NCBI GenBank assembly: GCA_035084275.1
Contig: CM068742.1
Coordinates: 48,298,001 to 48,362,000 of the forward strand
DNA from: Hydrolagus colliei
Taxonomy: Eukaryota
DNA: 64,000 bases
Reading direction: 5' to 3'
Shown here in pieces: positions 23,428-37,305 of this stretch (positions within the stretch are counted from its first letter, which is position 1; each line of letters opens with the position of its first letter). The notes beneath the pieces were generated by a model that was not told the DNA's origin, made no database searches, and was given only the letters and a program-made list of their open reading frames with translations. The position numbers were made by a program, and so were the translations under genes.

Positions 23428-23740
23428 GATAATAATAATCCTTGCATTAGATATAGCGCTTTTCACATCTTATCGATGTCTCGAAGCGCTTCATAGAGTA
23501 TACTGTAAAGTGAATTGACTGTATATTTGTGGGTGAAACACAGCAGCCAATTGCACACAGCAGTGTCCCACAAACAGTCGTGGATTGAAATGACCAATTT
23601 TATTATTGTTTTTTTTTGGAGGGATTATTATTAGGTGTGTGGAGCAAGGAAACTTGCCCAAGGTTTCACCCTGATCTGCCTGGATTCGAACACAGGTCTC
23701 ATGATGTAAGATGAGTGATCTAACCACTGAGCTAAAGGAT
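23428..23740 (-). mobile_element. Young tRNA-SINE, short form
   Basis: A box TAGCTCAGTGG, B box GTTCGAATCC, Deu 3' half, (ATT)n tail; matches 27292-27600. Confidence 0.92.
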
Positions 23741-23899
23741 TGTTGGCTAGGACACCAAGATTAACTTTCCCTTTTTGAATATTTACCACAAAAGCATTAC
23801 AATTCACCTGAATTTTCTGCTCAAATGTCTTTTCCTTGCTTCTTCTTAATTACTTTCAAAGTTCTTCTCAACTGTGAACTCAACTGTTCTTCTCAACCA

Positions 23900-24205
23900 A
23901 GTCATTGGGATGAATACAACACCCAATTTGCTCACAGCAATGTTCCACAGACAGGTATGAAGTGAAACAACCAAGTTAATTGTTGGCCAGGACACTGGGA
24001 GAAACTCCCTTCTCTTTTCAAATAGTGCCATACACACTTTCAGGTCCATCTAAACAAGATGTACCTAAACAGGGTACAGTACTTTGGTTTAACGTTTCCT
24101 CTGAAGGACTGCACCTCCATTAAAGTAGTTCTCCCCAGCACTGGATTGTTAGACTAGGTTGAAGAGTCAGCCTCGCGCTACCAATTGAGCTTGAACTAGG
24201 CTGAC
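23900..24205 (-). mobile_element. Old DeuSINE
   Basis: TTGGCCAGGACACTGGGAGAAACTCCCTTCTCTTTTCAAATAGTGCCAT is the reverse of the Deu domain. Confidence 0.75.
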
Positions 24206-24269
24206 ATCTGATCAGTTAGACCAGGAACTCACAAAGTAGGATTTTACGGGCAACAACCTTGTCTTATAT

Positions 24270-25045
24270 CGGTCTACTACTTATCTCCCAGCTTCACCTC
24301 CTCGCTCCCTTCCTAACTGACATCATCAACTTTTCCTTGTGCACTGGCAGTGTTCCCACAACCCTAAAAACAGCTGTCATCACCCCTCTCCTAAAAAAGA
24401 CCTTCCCTGGATCCATTCCTATGCTCCAGTTACTGCCCCATCTCCAACCTCCCAATCTTCTCCAAGGTCCTAGAACAAGTTATTAATCCCAGCTTCGCTT
24501 CTTTCTTTCTCACCATTCCCTCTTTGAACCCCTCCAATATGGCTTCCATGCCCACAGCCTGGAAGCAGCCCCGGTGAAAGCCTCCAATGACATTTTAAAC
24601 ATCTGAGATCAGGGCTCTCTCTGCCTTCTTGTCCACCTTGACCACTCTGCCACCTTTGACACTGTCGACCATTCTATCCTCCTCCAAGACCTTGCCCCAC
24701 CCTACCTCCTATCATCATGTCCACTCCCTACGCTCAGCGGGTTCCGGCCTGCTCCATGTCCCCCGATCCACCCACCCCACCATCAGCAGGCGAGCTTTCA
24801 GCCGCTCAGCTCCAACGTTTGAAATACTATCCTGCAATCCCCCTCCTTCGCCAAGTCCCACCTCGAGGCCCTCCTCTTCGACCATACTATTGGTTACCCT
24901 TCCCCTCCCTTCCCTCCACCATCCCTAAACCCGACCCCAGCTCAGGACTGAAACACTGACTGTCCAGCAACTTGGGACATCCTCCCGATGTGTAAGGCAC
25001 TATACAAATGTAATTTTGTTGGTATATTTTGTTGTTGTTTGTTGT
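24270..25045 (+). mobile_element. L2 LINE, RT fragments and 3' tail
   Basis: IINFSLCTGSVPTTLKTAVITPLLKK; AFDTVDH-like; RAFSRSAP; L2 tail. Confidence 0.92.
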
Positions 25046-25619
25046 ATGTTCATGGTACCAATGTATCATTTCACTTCAAATTTGTTTTTCAACATTGTAC
25101 CTTAATGCTATCGAAAATTTTTAACCAATAGCATTTTTTTAAAAAAGGAATGCTTGTTTCAGAGAGTGTGAAAAATGAAGAAGAAAAGTATCATATTATG
25201 TTTTGTTGAAACTCCCAGAGCAGGAATTATGCACCATTGGAATGCTGACAAATCATTTCTCATTTTCCCTTTTCACACCCCATTTACTTTCCTTCACAAG
25301 TGAAGAAACCCAAAACTAGTCTCACTTATTGAACAATCAATCACTCCATCCATCTGAATCTGCACAGCGCTTGTACGCTCACAGTAAATGAAACCCTTAA
25401 TATCTTTTAATTGATACTGAAGATATCCTTTCCTTATGATAGGTTTCTCTAATTGTCTGGTGCACATGCTTTTAGTTATTTGTGAAAGATCCACTTTTTT
25501 TGTTTCTTCTCTCGAGTTTTTATCTTCTTCCTATTCTGAAGGCACAAATCATTCATTTTCTCACCTTTATTTTATCTCAGCCAAATGGCTGTTCCTCTTG
25601 AATAACTCTAGACACTTAA

Positions 25620-25830
25620 TAGCGATAAGTTTTATGACTGTGAGGAGGCATCGCAACTAAACCCTATCCTGTCTTCATTTATAGGTCCAGATACAAGCTC
25701 TTTTCAGCAAGGATCACTAGATATCAATTAAGAGTGGTGGTTGAGATTGCTCAAGTTTCCCCAACTACTGCCAATGGCTGAGATCAGCTAAATGGTTAGA
25801 GAAAGGGATTATAGTATTCATATTGAGCTC
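25620..25830 (-). mobile_element. Old SINE-like repeat (family of 6545-6800)
   Basis: GGCTGAGATCAGCTAA and CAGCAAGGATCACTAGAT blocks; loose match to the other copies. Confidence 0.55.
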
Positions 25831-26510
25831 CTGCAAACCAAAGCCTTGACAGATAGGGTGTTCCTAGCTGGACAATAAGCAGGAAGCTTGTCAGACAGTG
25901 CTTTCAATATGTGGTTTTAGCTGGTTAAACTCTAGCAGTACCCCAATGAACACAAAAAATCTTGGCTCTTGCCAATCTGTACCTAATACTCTCTGGAATT
26001 AAATAAAGAGAGTGCATCTTTCCAGGGAGACAGTGTGCTCTGTAATCCAATATTCGTGAATTTCCAAGCATAGGTTGCAAACCAAATGAAGAGTTCCCTG
26101 CATGCCACCTAGATGTCATAAAGAGAATAGTTTTTCCCAGTTTCCTGCCCAATAATCATTTAGATTAATTGATCACTCACTTCATGGTACTATATGACTC
26201 TCAAACTAGCATACATCTATCATGTTTGATCACAAAAGTCACTATACTTGACAGTAATTGTCTGTGAAATGCTACGAGATATTTGATTTATATGGAGCTT
26301 TAAAAATGCAAGTTCTTTCTTTGCAGTTTTCTTAAACTATTGAAGAATCTTATCAGGAGGAAATCCAAGACCTGTACTGTAAACTATAATTTAATAGGCA
26401 TGTATAAATGTACATTCACACCTCCTTTGGAGAACTGGACACTCACAGACAAGGAAAATTATGGGGTTCAAACACAATTTGTTACTTAAGAAATCTGTAA
26501 GTATGACATG

Positions 26511-27010
26511 TAAGAACATAAAAATGTTCAACAAATAACGACCAAGGTCCATCTAGTTCACCTTCCACCTTCCTGGCAGTTGCAAGCACATATGTTCCGA
26601 ACTACCGTTATATCCCACATTTCCATAAAGTTCTTTTCTAAAAGAAAATGATCTAATCTGTGTTTGAAATAATCAACACTTCCTACTTCAACCATCTCCT
26701 TAGGGAGCCGGTTCCAAAAGTTCATTATTCACTCACTGAAAGTGTTTGCATAGATTAGTACTGAAATTACTCCCATTTTGTCGCAGGCAATGAATGAGCT
26801 CCGGTTTTCTGAACAAGTTAAAACAGCCCATCATGATCTATATTTTGTAGCCCCTTTGGAATCGTAAAGACAGCAATCATGTCACCCCTCAAACTTCCTT
26901 TACCAGTGTGAACATGCCCAATTTACTTAGTCACTTCTCATAGTCCAGTCCTTCCATTGCCTCAATCATTTGGGTTGTCCTCCTCTGTATCTTCTCGATT
27001 TCTCCAATAT
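26511..27010 (-). mobile_element. Degraded CR1 3' portion
   Basis: TAAGAACATAA tail; reverse strand shows decayed LGMFTL..LRGDMI. Confidence 0.75.
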
Positions 27011-27291
27011 CCTCCTTCTGCTTCAACTTACCGTAAGTCCCCACGATGCAATCTGCTTTCAGATCAGAATTTCTGTGAGTTAGCATGTTGTCAGTCGTGC
27101 AATTCTAAGGAGTCACGGAAAATAAGTGCTACAAGAAGCTATAGAACTGCTACTTGTTGTTGTTGTTGTTAGTGTTGAGTCCCTGCTCAGGTTCATGAAT
27201 TCAGGAATCCTGTTTGAAATCACTATGGTTTAGATCCTTACATGGATATGAGGCATAGGTGGAAGGGGGAAAATTCGGGAAAATAAAAAGC

Positions 27292-27600
27292 TAATAATAA
27301 TAATCCTTGAACTTGATATAGCGCTTTTCACATCTTCTAGACATCCCAAAGCGCTTCACAGAATATACTGTAAACTAAATTGACTGCATATTTGTGGGCG
27401 AAACGCAGCAGCCAATAATGCACAGCAGTGTCCTACAAACAATTGTGAATTGAGTGGCCAAATTATGATTTTATTTGAGGGTTTATTATGAGGCATGTGG
27501 AGTAAGGAAACTTGCACAAGGTTTCGCCCTGCCTGGAATCAAACCCAGATTTCTCGCTTGTAAGGTGAGTGCTCTAACCACTGAGCTACAGGACTCCACA
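27292..27600 (-). mobile_element. Young tRNA-SINE, short form, full length
   Basis: Head TGTGGAGTCCTGTAGCTCAGTGGTTAGAGCACTCACCTTACAAGCGAG (tRNA-Val-like TAC loop) through to the ATTATT tail. Confidence 0.95.
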
Positions 27601-28659
27601 ATAAACACGTTTTAAAGATGAACTACATAAAATCATTGTATTTACTTGTAATTCTGTGTTCACCTGGTCTTTACCACAGGCCTGCTGAGTTTATCAAGTA
27701 AAACTAATAACTTTTTATGCACAGTAAAAACTGTATTCATTACTTCTCCTGAAAGCTCCTCTTTTACGACTGTGATTAATTACCATTCTTCCAAACACAG
27801 CCTTTTCCCAAACCACATGAAAATTCAGCTTAAATGACCCAATGACATCTATGTAAAACAATACAGATGGCACTCAGCAAAATATGAAAACATTTTCTAT
27901 AGTGAAAGAATCCATTCACTCCAGTACAAAGGCACAATGGTTTTAATAAATGTGAAACCAATGAAATAATATAAAACACACTTTTGTCTCCTGTTTTACT
28001 AATTCAGCGTGCATGGCTGGTGGCAACTTATTGCATCTTAGTCATATTTCCTGACAATCTAAGGAAATTCTGTCAGTGCCATATACTTACTGGCAAAACC
28101 CACTTTGTTCTTATAATTTTTCCATCAAATTTATTTTATTTAAATTTTTCCATAATGTGATAGTAATGACTGCATAAGAGAGTGTCAAAACAGGACTGAC
28201 AAGTGTAATACAGTATTTCATAATATTCAATATCACATTTGATTATAATCAGAAATGTAAAATTTTTCATCTTAAAATTCTCAAGGAAAATGGTGTTGAA
28301 GTAAATGTGATTTGCATATTGTCCTACAAATCAGGTCCTACAATCTTGTATTTGTTATTATATCATGATATATTCATTATTAAGGAGAAGATTGCAGTAA
28401 CAACAACTTGCATTTATAAATTGCCCTTCAAGAGTGCATCTCTCAAAGAACTTGAGCAGAGAGCTAACATAGCTTTTGAGAGCAAATTTGGGTCTAATCT
28501 GAAAGATGTGCAAAATACTGTATGGATAAATAGAGCATTCTTCAGGTACCCAGATATGGATTAGACTGACCATGTGAGATCAGTGTCCAAGGTGAGGTCC
28601 ACCAACACCTCCTCTTAATTGGGTGGGGGAGGGGTGGGAGGAGTGGGCAAGAAGTATGT

Positions 28660-28900
28660 AATAATAATAATCCTTGCATTTTGATATTTTTCACGTCTTC
28701 TAGATGTCTCAAAGTGCTTCACAGAATATACTGTAAAGTAAATTGACCGTATATTTGTGGGCAAAACGCGGTAGCCAATTGCACACAGTAGTGTCCTACA
28801 AACAGTCATGGATTGAAATGACCAATTTATTATAGGTTTTTTGGGAACAAATGATTATTAGGCCTGTGGAGTAAGGAAACTTGCCCAAGAATTCAAACAC
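28660..28900 (-). mobile_element. Young tRNA-SINE, 5'-truncated
   Basis: Same body and tail as 27292-27600. Confidence 0.9.
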
Positions 28901-30927
28901 AGGATGTGTGGCTTCCTTTGGAGCTGAACTGGCTCCAGGATGATGTTCTTGGTAATGGAATATCAGATTTGAATCTACCCAGGACAATGTTGATGATAGA
29001 CCAGTCAGGCTCATTTGGAGGACTTGTAGTGACATATAAGGAGCAGCCATCCTTCCCTCTCAACTCCTGTCAGTGCCTTGGGATGTACTCCAATGTGAGA
29101 GGCACTAATCAAATATAGCTTATTGTTGTTAGCTCTGCAAGCCAAAGTTTAGAACCGTGTCATCTTCCTCAGAAAGTTTTTGCCATTCTTTTTGCATTTT
29201 TTACATAAACACAAGATAACAAGTCATGTTGAAACACAGTATTGTATCATTTACAAATGATGCCTTGATTACACTAACAGTCCATCAGTCTTGTATTGCA
29301 CTTTCCTCCTGCAAATTGAGAATGTTTTACAAACACCTCTGTTGTGAATTAGTATTACTTTATCAGAGCTTTGGAATATATTCCCAATGTGAAAGGGGCT
29401 ATATAACTGTAAAACTGTACAAACTCAATAGTAAGGTGGTGTATACGCCCACAAGTATACAGTCGACTTTCCTGCCTTTCTTCCCCCTGCCTCAACCCCT
29501 CCCCTTTTGCTTCTTTACCCCCTTTTGCCCCTAGTCCCACTTCCATGACTGATTGTGGGACACTGCTGTGCGCAATTTGACTGCCGCGTTTCGCCCACTA
29601 ATATACAGTTACTTTTCCTACTATGCTTTATCCTGCCCTGATCCTTCCCACCCTGCTCTTGTCCTACCTGACTGTACAGAGCCTTGGGATGTCCTCTCGA
29701 CGTGAAAGGCGCTATATAAATGTAAGTTTTGTTTGTTTGTTTGTTTGTGATACCTTGTTGTATGAATATATCTTGTGATCCTGTGATGTGGTACCCAAAC
29801 CATCCAATCCAGGAAAATTTCATATTTATCCCTAGTCTGTGACATTTATACTGTTTCGATATCTTGGCAATGGAATGATAAAGTCCAGGGGTGCCAACAT
29901 TTAAGCTTTGCACTTCAGCGTCTTTGTATTTGGTTCCCTGAGGTTTACATTTTTTTGTTCCATTGAACATAATAAATAATACTCACATTTGATATAGTTC
30001 CTTTCACATTGGGCAGGAAGTCTCAAAATGTGTCTCAGAATTTACCGTAAAGTCTAGTGACTGTTGTTTTATAGGCAAGAGTTTGACATCATTTGGGATG
30101 AAGCATTCAAACAGGGAATGGTAGCAAAAATGACCCGAGCTCGGGAAAAAATGCCCCAGGAAGTCAAGTGATTCTTATGCAGGAAAGCCATGTATGTTAC
30201 AATAACTAACAAGGACTTGTGTTCAACCCCAGGGCTAGGGTCCTGGAGCCAAGCATGAAGTATTTGTGGTGCTTTACAAGCTGAGTTGTAGAGAATTTGG
30301 TGGAGTTTAAAAAAAAAATCCTTGCATTTTGAATTTGCGCCCAGAGCACTTCAGTGGATCTACTATAAAGTACAGTATAGTGATTGTGTATTTTGCAGAC
30401 AAACACAGTAGATAATTTGTGCACAGCAATGCCCCACAGACAGCTATTAAGTCACAAAATACACAATCACCATCGCTTGACAGTGAAGTCCTGTATTAAG
30501 TCACTATATCAAATGCAAGGATTATTAAATTATGTCAATGGCCAAGTTTATCTGGGGGATTGTTGGCTGGGACACCTGGAGAAATTCTGGCTGAAGTTTC
30601 TTATCCGTCATGCAATTGCAGAAGCTCACTGCTAAGGCTACAGGAGTTCTGACACTGACAAAAGGATTTGGATAGATTCCGTGCTGGGAAATTGGAACAC
30701 TTTTTATTACAGATTGTTGGCAGAGAGTAGCTTGCTTCTGTCAACAGTCCCTTAATGAAAAAGCAGTATTAGTTGATTTTAACTTGGACAATGGTGGGAA
30801 TACTACAATTAGTCTCACTGCTCCAGGCAAAAGAAGGGAAACATCTGTCAGGAGTCCTGTTCCTGGTTGTTAAACCAGTGACCCCTGGGGTCTGAAATGT
30901 AGCCTCGTCTTAACCTTTAAAACAATT

Positions 30928-31061
30928 TAGTCCCAAAATTTAAGATTGCACAGATTTGTGGAAAATTCTTAAATTCGCCCTTAATTTGGAATTGGTTCTT
31001 GAATGGAACCAGCTTCCTTAAATTAAGACTTAATTTAAGACATTTCAACAATTTTGAGCTA
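30928..31061. mobile_element. Old hairpin (MITE-like) element
   Basis: Ends TAGTCCCAAAATT / AATTTTGAGCTA. Inner arms TCTTAAATT..CTTAATTTGGAATTGGTTC pair with GAACCAGCTTCCTTAAATTAAGACTTAATTTAAGA. Confidence 0.55.
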
Positions 31062-31329
31062 TAATGGAAAATATATATGTGGATATCATCTCAGCTTTTG
31101 AAAGCCAAATACTGTAGTCTGCTGAACTCCCTGTCCAGGCTAATGCAAAAGAATTTGCCTAGAGAATAATACAATTTACATTTTTAGTGTGTAAGCACCT
31201 TTCAAGCAATCCAGGACGCTACCCAGCATGAAGGGCTTTATATTGTTGTTATAGTGCCAGTTATATCGTCCCAGCGCCTTGGGACGTCCTCCCGATGTGA
31301 AAGGCACTCTAGAAATGTAATTTTTTTTT

Positions 31330-31800
31330 TGTTGTTATTTTCATTTGTTGTTTCAAGGTCACAATGTCTCAAAGTGCTTGACTCTGCTGGTTGGGTACTT
31401 GAACTGGGGGTGGGAGCCAAGGGAGTGAGGAGGTGAAGTGTGGTCATATGAGGTACATTTGAGATGAGCCTTGAATAAGGTGAAGAAGGGAGGGATTCAG
31501 AGCAGGGGAGGGACTTCTAGAAAGCGGGGAGCAGAATGATGGAAAGCCCAGATTTTCTGTCATTCTGGGCAGGTTGGGCAGGTAAATCAGACCAGTGTTC
31601 AGTGAGCAAAGGGTGAGGTCAGGTATGTAGGGTTGAAGGAGGTTCCAGAAGAAAGGTGGGATAAGACCATGGAAAGAATTGGAAGGTGAGAACAACAATC
31701 TTGAAGTCGATCCGCTGGGAGATAGGGAGCCAGTGGAATTCGAAAGAGTGGGGGAGTAATTGCTGAAGTCGTAGCTACCAATGGTCACCTTCAAGAGAAG
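31330..31800 (-). mobile_element. L2 LINE 3' part
   Basis: Reverse strand carries decayed LHWLP..RIDFKI and NLLQPYIP. Confidence 0.8.
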
Positions 31801-34631
31801 GTAGACAGTCGAAAAGAAAGACGAAATTAACTGATTTTATCCCTTTGTCACCTTAAAACCATTTCTTAAGGAATGCAGTATTAAAAAGGATAGAGATGAA
31901 AACATTGAGAATTTGAGAGTGAAACAAAAAATGTGGAGGAGACATCTGATAATACAGTCAACAGCGCACTCACAGGAGGAGGGAGCAAATAAAGGGATAG
32001 GGGCTTTACGTTGGCATATTGTCACAAGCCAGCTTACTTTTGAGTAAATCAGTTCTCAAAAGTCATTAATCCATCTTACACCACCACGTTTTTAGTGAAA
32101 CCATTAGGAGGTGTTTCCAGCAGCAACTCATGGGAGAAAAGTACCACTGTTAATAAAAGCTGACTGTTGGAACAGCCACACAAGCCCTTAAAACACGGGC
32201 CTCTCACTATTACTTTATCTGCTTTCACATAACTAATTATTATTTTAAGAGCGTTGAAACTAAACTACCGAGTTCCCAAATATGACACCAGTGTGAAAGT
32301 CAGCAAAGTGTTAAATTGTTGTTGGGCAAATTTATAGCAGACATCACTTTTTACGTCAGAAACTTTTCATCAAAATGTTTTGGATCATAAATTTCCATGT
32401 TTAGAACCATTAAATCACCAGAGAGCCCAGACATTGCCAAGAAAAGAGGGTTAAAACCTGCTTTCGCCAATGCATCTTTCAAACCGGTTGCACAGCAAAT
32501 GTTGAACAGAGACGCAACTTAAATATAATTGATTGTATTCCTGATTCTGCTTCCGAGCACAGAAAACCCAAGAAAAACAGAGGTGAATGTGCAAGAACAA
32601 AAAAACTAAAGAAGAAATCTCATTACAAAATAAGCACCAAATGTACACTCGACATTCGTGGAGTTCTGTGAATCATTAAATGGAAAATTTTGCAATATTT
32701 GTTAACAGGATTTTTAAAAATAACTTATCCTTTTAGAACTTCCATTTAAGTCCAACTCCAGCAGGAGGTCTTGACATTCTTCTGGTTATTGGAAGGAGTT
32801 TAATGAGCCTTGCATCTGATAACTAATATAGGGCCTTACCACACTGTCGAAATCTCTCAAAGAGCTGCAAAACATTTACTATAAGGTGTAGGGATCTGCG
32901 TATTTATAGGCAAATGCAGCAGCTAATTTCAGCACAGCAATGTTGCAAAACAATCACAAAGTGAATGTCCAATTTAATCCTCCCATTTGTGAAGATTTCT
33001 TATTTGTCATTGTTAAGAAACAATGCAAATTAGTTGTCAATGTCACCGACCGGTGTTAATTTTCCACAAATTAAAAAGGAATGCAGACAAAATTAAATGG
33101 AGCGTCAGAAAAATCAGTGGCTTTCGAACAAGATGTGATATTGTGCACTTTGAGAGCTCTGTTCCGGGACCTAGCTGAATAATATTCACCCTGATGAGTG
33201 TTAATATCAGCAGAATATTTTGATCAATGAAATGAAATTGACTGAAAGCAAGGGTGATTTTCTCGTCAATCATTGTTTTAAATTCATTTTTCCTTAATAA
33301 TTAGTTGGAGCATTGAACATTAATGTGCTCCAAAGTCTCTTGTATGAATGATTCATTATTATATTAAAGACTGCACTGTATACTATCAACTGATTGTTTA
33401 ATGAACTTGAGATAATTCATGATGTTATGGCTATGGCTTTATCAACTCAGCTCGAATTTTTTTTAAAAAATACTTAAATACGGATTATTTTGCTAAAGCG
33501 ACCATTCCTTTCACAATTGATTCAGTCAAGTGGGACCCAGGTATGAGCTTCTCACCTGTCACTCTTCAGACCAAGGGAAACTGTGCAGTCACTGTTCAAA
33601 GAAGGATATTCAGGAACAGGAAACCACACTGTACAGTTACTTGGAATAAAATAAAATTTTGTTATTATAGACCAGTGGTTCTTGAGGCTATTTGGTACTA
33701 ATACATACTCTTTAGATAAGGCAGATTAACAAACAATATTTCCATCTTTAAAATATTTAATAGAAAGAGAGCTTGAAATGAGTCAAAAGCAACTTCAGTA
33801 AACTATATGTGATCAGTTAATAGTTCCCTCTCCAGCACTAGCTTTGTTGTGATTTACACTCACACAAGACTTCTGGTTCCTTTGATTACTACAGTATTCG
33901 GATCCTCTTTATTAATGTTAAGTAGTGACACAGAAGTTCTATCCTTTTCTACATCTCAATCAGAGGCTGTTTAGAAGACAGAATGATTACATACTACAGA
34001 TTTCTTACGAGTCTCCTGGCAGATATAATAAGATACTATCATACTAATAATAATCCTTACATTTGGCATAGCAGCGTATCACGTTGGAAGTACATCTCAA
34101 AGCACTTCACCAGAAATACTGTGAAATGGAGTTGACTGTGTATTTGTGGGAAAATGTGGCAGCACAATTGCGCACAGCAATAATAACAATAATAATAATC
34201 CTTGCAATCTGATGTAGTGCTTTTCACATCTTCTAGATGTTTCAAATAGCTTCACAGAATATACTGTAAAGTGAATTGACTGCATATTTGTGGGCAAATG
34301 TTCCACAAATAGCTATGAAACTAGTCACCTTTTTATTGTCAAGTCACTTTTTTGGCTCAGACATCGGGAGAAATTCCCTTCTCTTTTGAATAGTGCAATG
34401 GGATCTTTAACGTCCACCTGAACAGTCGAATGTGAGCTTGGTTTAACACCTCATCTGAAAGACAACATTGCCGATAATGTGATGCAACCCTAATATCCAT
34501 TGACATCTTTTTGTAGTCTATTTCAAAGCTTCCTCTAAGTATGAATTATCAAAGCCATGATTAGTAGACTTTTATCCTAGTTACTTTTTATTTTACAAAT
34601 ACAAGTAAATGTTAATTATAATAGTTTTGAT

Positions 34632-34930
34632 GTGCAACTCTCTTGTCTCTCAAGCGAGAGACCTGAGTTCGATTCCTGACTAGTCAAGGCAAAATCATAG
34701 TCAAGTTTCCGTAATCCACAAGCCCGCTATTAATCAAGCAAGCAAAAAACAATAATAGATTGGTCACTTCAATCCACGACTATTTGTGAGACACTGTTGT
34801 GCGCAACCGGCTGTCATGTTTCGTCCACAAATTCACTTTACAGTATATTCTGTGAAGCACTTTGAGATGTCTAGAAGATGTGAAAAGTCCTATAGCAAAT
34901 GCAAGGATGATTAGTATCAGTATTATTATT
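34632..34930 (+). mobile_element. Young tRNA-SINE
   Basis: CAAGCGAGAGACCTGAGTTCGATTCC through to CAAATGCAAGGATGATT. Confidence 0.88.
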
Positions 34931-35039
34931 TCATCTGAACTTCTCCTGTAAGAATTAGATCATATAACACATAAACACCAGGAAAAAACAACTGCAGGGT
35001 TCACCTAAAACATTACGGTGTTCCAACTATAAACAGATA

Positions 35040-35385
35040 ATAATAATACCCACTTGCTTTTGATGCAATGCCTTTCCTGTCATGAGGGCTTCCCGTAGTG
35101 ACTTTGTATTTAGCAGGCAAACATGGTTGCCAACATGCACACAGCAATGTCCTACGAACAGCCACAAAATGAATAACCACTTTTATTTCAGGGATTGTTA
35201 CCAAGGACATTGTTTTGAATAATGCCATGGGATTTTAGTTTAATGTCTTATCTGAAGGACAACACCTCCAAATACCCAGCACTAACCCAGCACTGTATTA
35301 ACTATATGAGTCCCGAGTCTTGACATGGGATATGAACCCATAATTTCCTGACTCAGAGGCAATAGGGTTACCAAACCAGGCTGAC
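35040..35385 (-). mobile_element. Old DeuSINE
   Basis: TGAACCCATAATTTCCTGACTCAGAGGC (reverse of head), Deu domain and tail. Confidence 0.7.
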
Positions 35386-36480
35386 TATCCTGCTTCACGG
35401 GATTTATGGGCACATCAAGACTGCTGCTCACATTTTAGAGAGTGGAGAACTAATTGGAAAAACAGCATTCAGCAAAACAACAACAAAAATTACATTTGTA
35501 TAGCACCTTTCATATCGGGAGGATGTCCCAAGGCGCTGGAAAAATTATGATGAAGTTCCATACTTCCACATGATTTCTCTTTGCTGTAATTTGATAGATT
35601 CACAAATGATCTCAGAGCAACATTTTTCCCTTCCATCAAGGCAGCGTGATGCATAATCACCAGTGTCTCTGCAATGCACAATGCTTTCACAGAAGACATA
35701 TTTGAAGCCAGAAATGTACTCCTTGTCCTGAATGCCCTATGTTCATATCATCTGTCAGATAATGAAACAATGAAATTGACTTTGCTATTCTCAGTAAGGC
35801 CAAGCCATATCATATTGAGAATAACCTTGTCAATTATATTCTCAACATCTATTTTTATTTCAGCACAATAAAGATAATGTTTTTCAAAATGCATATTTCA
35901 AACCTCTACCACGAGCTAAAGTACAGTTGTAGCCTTCAATTGCCTGGGATTTTCCCAGAATTTAATATCTTCACAATTATTCTGTAATGTGTGACAGCTT
36001 GGCTCCATTGGGATCACGCTTGTCTCTTGGCTATTGAACCCTTACTTGCCTTCAATTCCCATTCCCATGGAATTCCGCTATATTATACCCACCTTGTCTA
36101 AATCAGTGCTTGAGGATCAATCTTCTCTGCTAATGAGGTGTCATAGCAGTTCTCTTCACTAGCTCTGCAGGATGATTTTAATAATACTGTATCTCAAGTT
36201 TAGCAGAATTATGCAGAATTTCTAAATTTACTCATTAATTTGAAGCTAGTTTAGGCCCCCTTTTGACAACGTTTCCTCATCATGTGGTAACTTGTCAGCA
36301 CACCCCCAGATTTTTCTATAACTTGTAATCACAGTTTTGGAAGGCAAATGCAGTCAATTAGCACAGAGTAATGTTGCACAAGCAGCTGAGAAGTGAATGA
36401 CCATTTTTTGTCTGAAGGATTGTTGTCCAGGGTATCTTTTTTTCTTTTCAAATAGTGCCATAGAAAGTTGAATGTCCACA

Positions 36481-37305
36481 AAACACCTAGATTCCTGACT
36501 GGCTTGGTGAGGTGGAGGGTGCAACCATGGAGGTTGATGCTGCCAGTGCCTGATGTGTGACAGGACTTTGTCAGACATGTTGAGAGACAGGACCTTGGTG
36601 ACATCATCCGCAGACATGGGGTCAACTTCCACGTGTATGCAGATGACACCCAACTCTTAACTTTCTATCTCTATCCTCGACTCCAGGACCACTGTTGTCC
36701 TGACAGACTGTCTGTCAAATATCGTCCTGGATGAGAGCTAACGTTCTACATTTGAATGTGAACAAGACCAAGGCCCTCCCGATTGTCTCGCGCTAGCGCC
36801 TTCACACCTCAGGCACTGGCAGCATCAACCTCCACAGATGCACACTCCACCTCACTAAGCCAATCAGGAACCGAGTTGTCTTGTTCGATCCTCAACTGTC
36901 TTTTCTTCCCCCATATCCAAGACATGACCTGCTCTGCTTTCCCTCTCCGCCACAACATTGCCCAAATCTGCCACTGTCTCACCCCTCAAGCCGTTGGAAC
37001 CCTCATTCATGCCTTCATCACATCAAAGCTTGACTATACCACTACCTTGCTTGTCGGCCTTCCCAATTACTCCCTCCATAGGCTGCAGATCGGCCAGAAC
37101 TCTACGGCCCTTCTTCCACCACTCCAAAATCTGCAACCCTATTTTCCCCATACTCGCCCGACTCCATTGGCTCCCCATCAACCAGAGAATTTAATTCAAG
37201 ATCCTGGTCCTCACCTTCAAAGCCCTCCCTACCTTTGCAACCTCCTAACCCCTTACCAACCTGCCTGCTCCTTCTACTCAGCAGGCTCCGGCCTGCTCCC
37301 TGGAT
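36481..37305 (+). mobile_element. L2 LINE RT C-terminal fragment with an inverted piece at its 5' side
   Basis: HGVNFHVYADDTQL; LIHAFITSKLDY; ARLHWLPINQRI. 36481-36560 is an inverted copy of 36802-36880. Confidence 0.9.

Noticed and set aside
32414-32671. About 85-codon stop-free + strand frame, lysine-rich
   Set aside because: No start codon or convincing splice sites; A-rich composition explains it.
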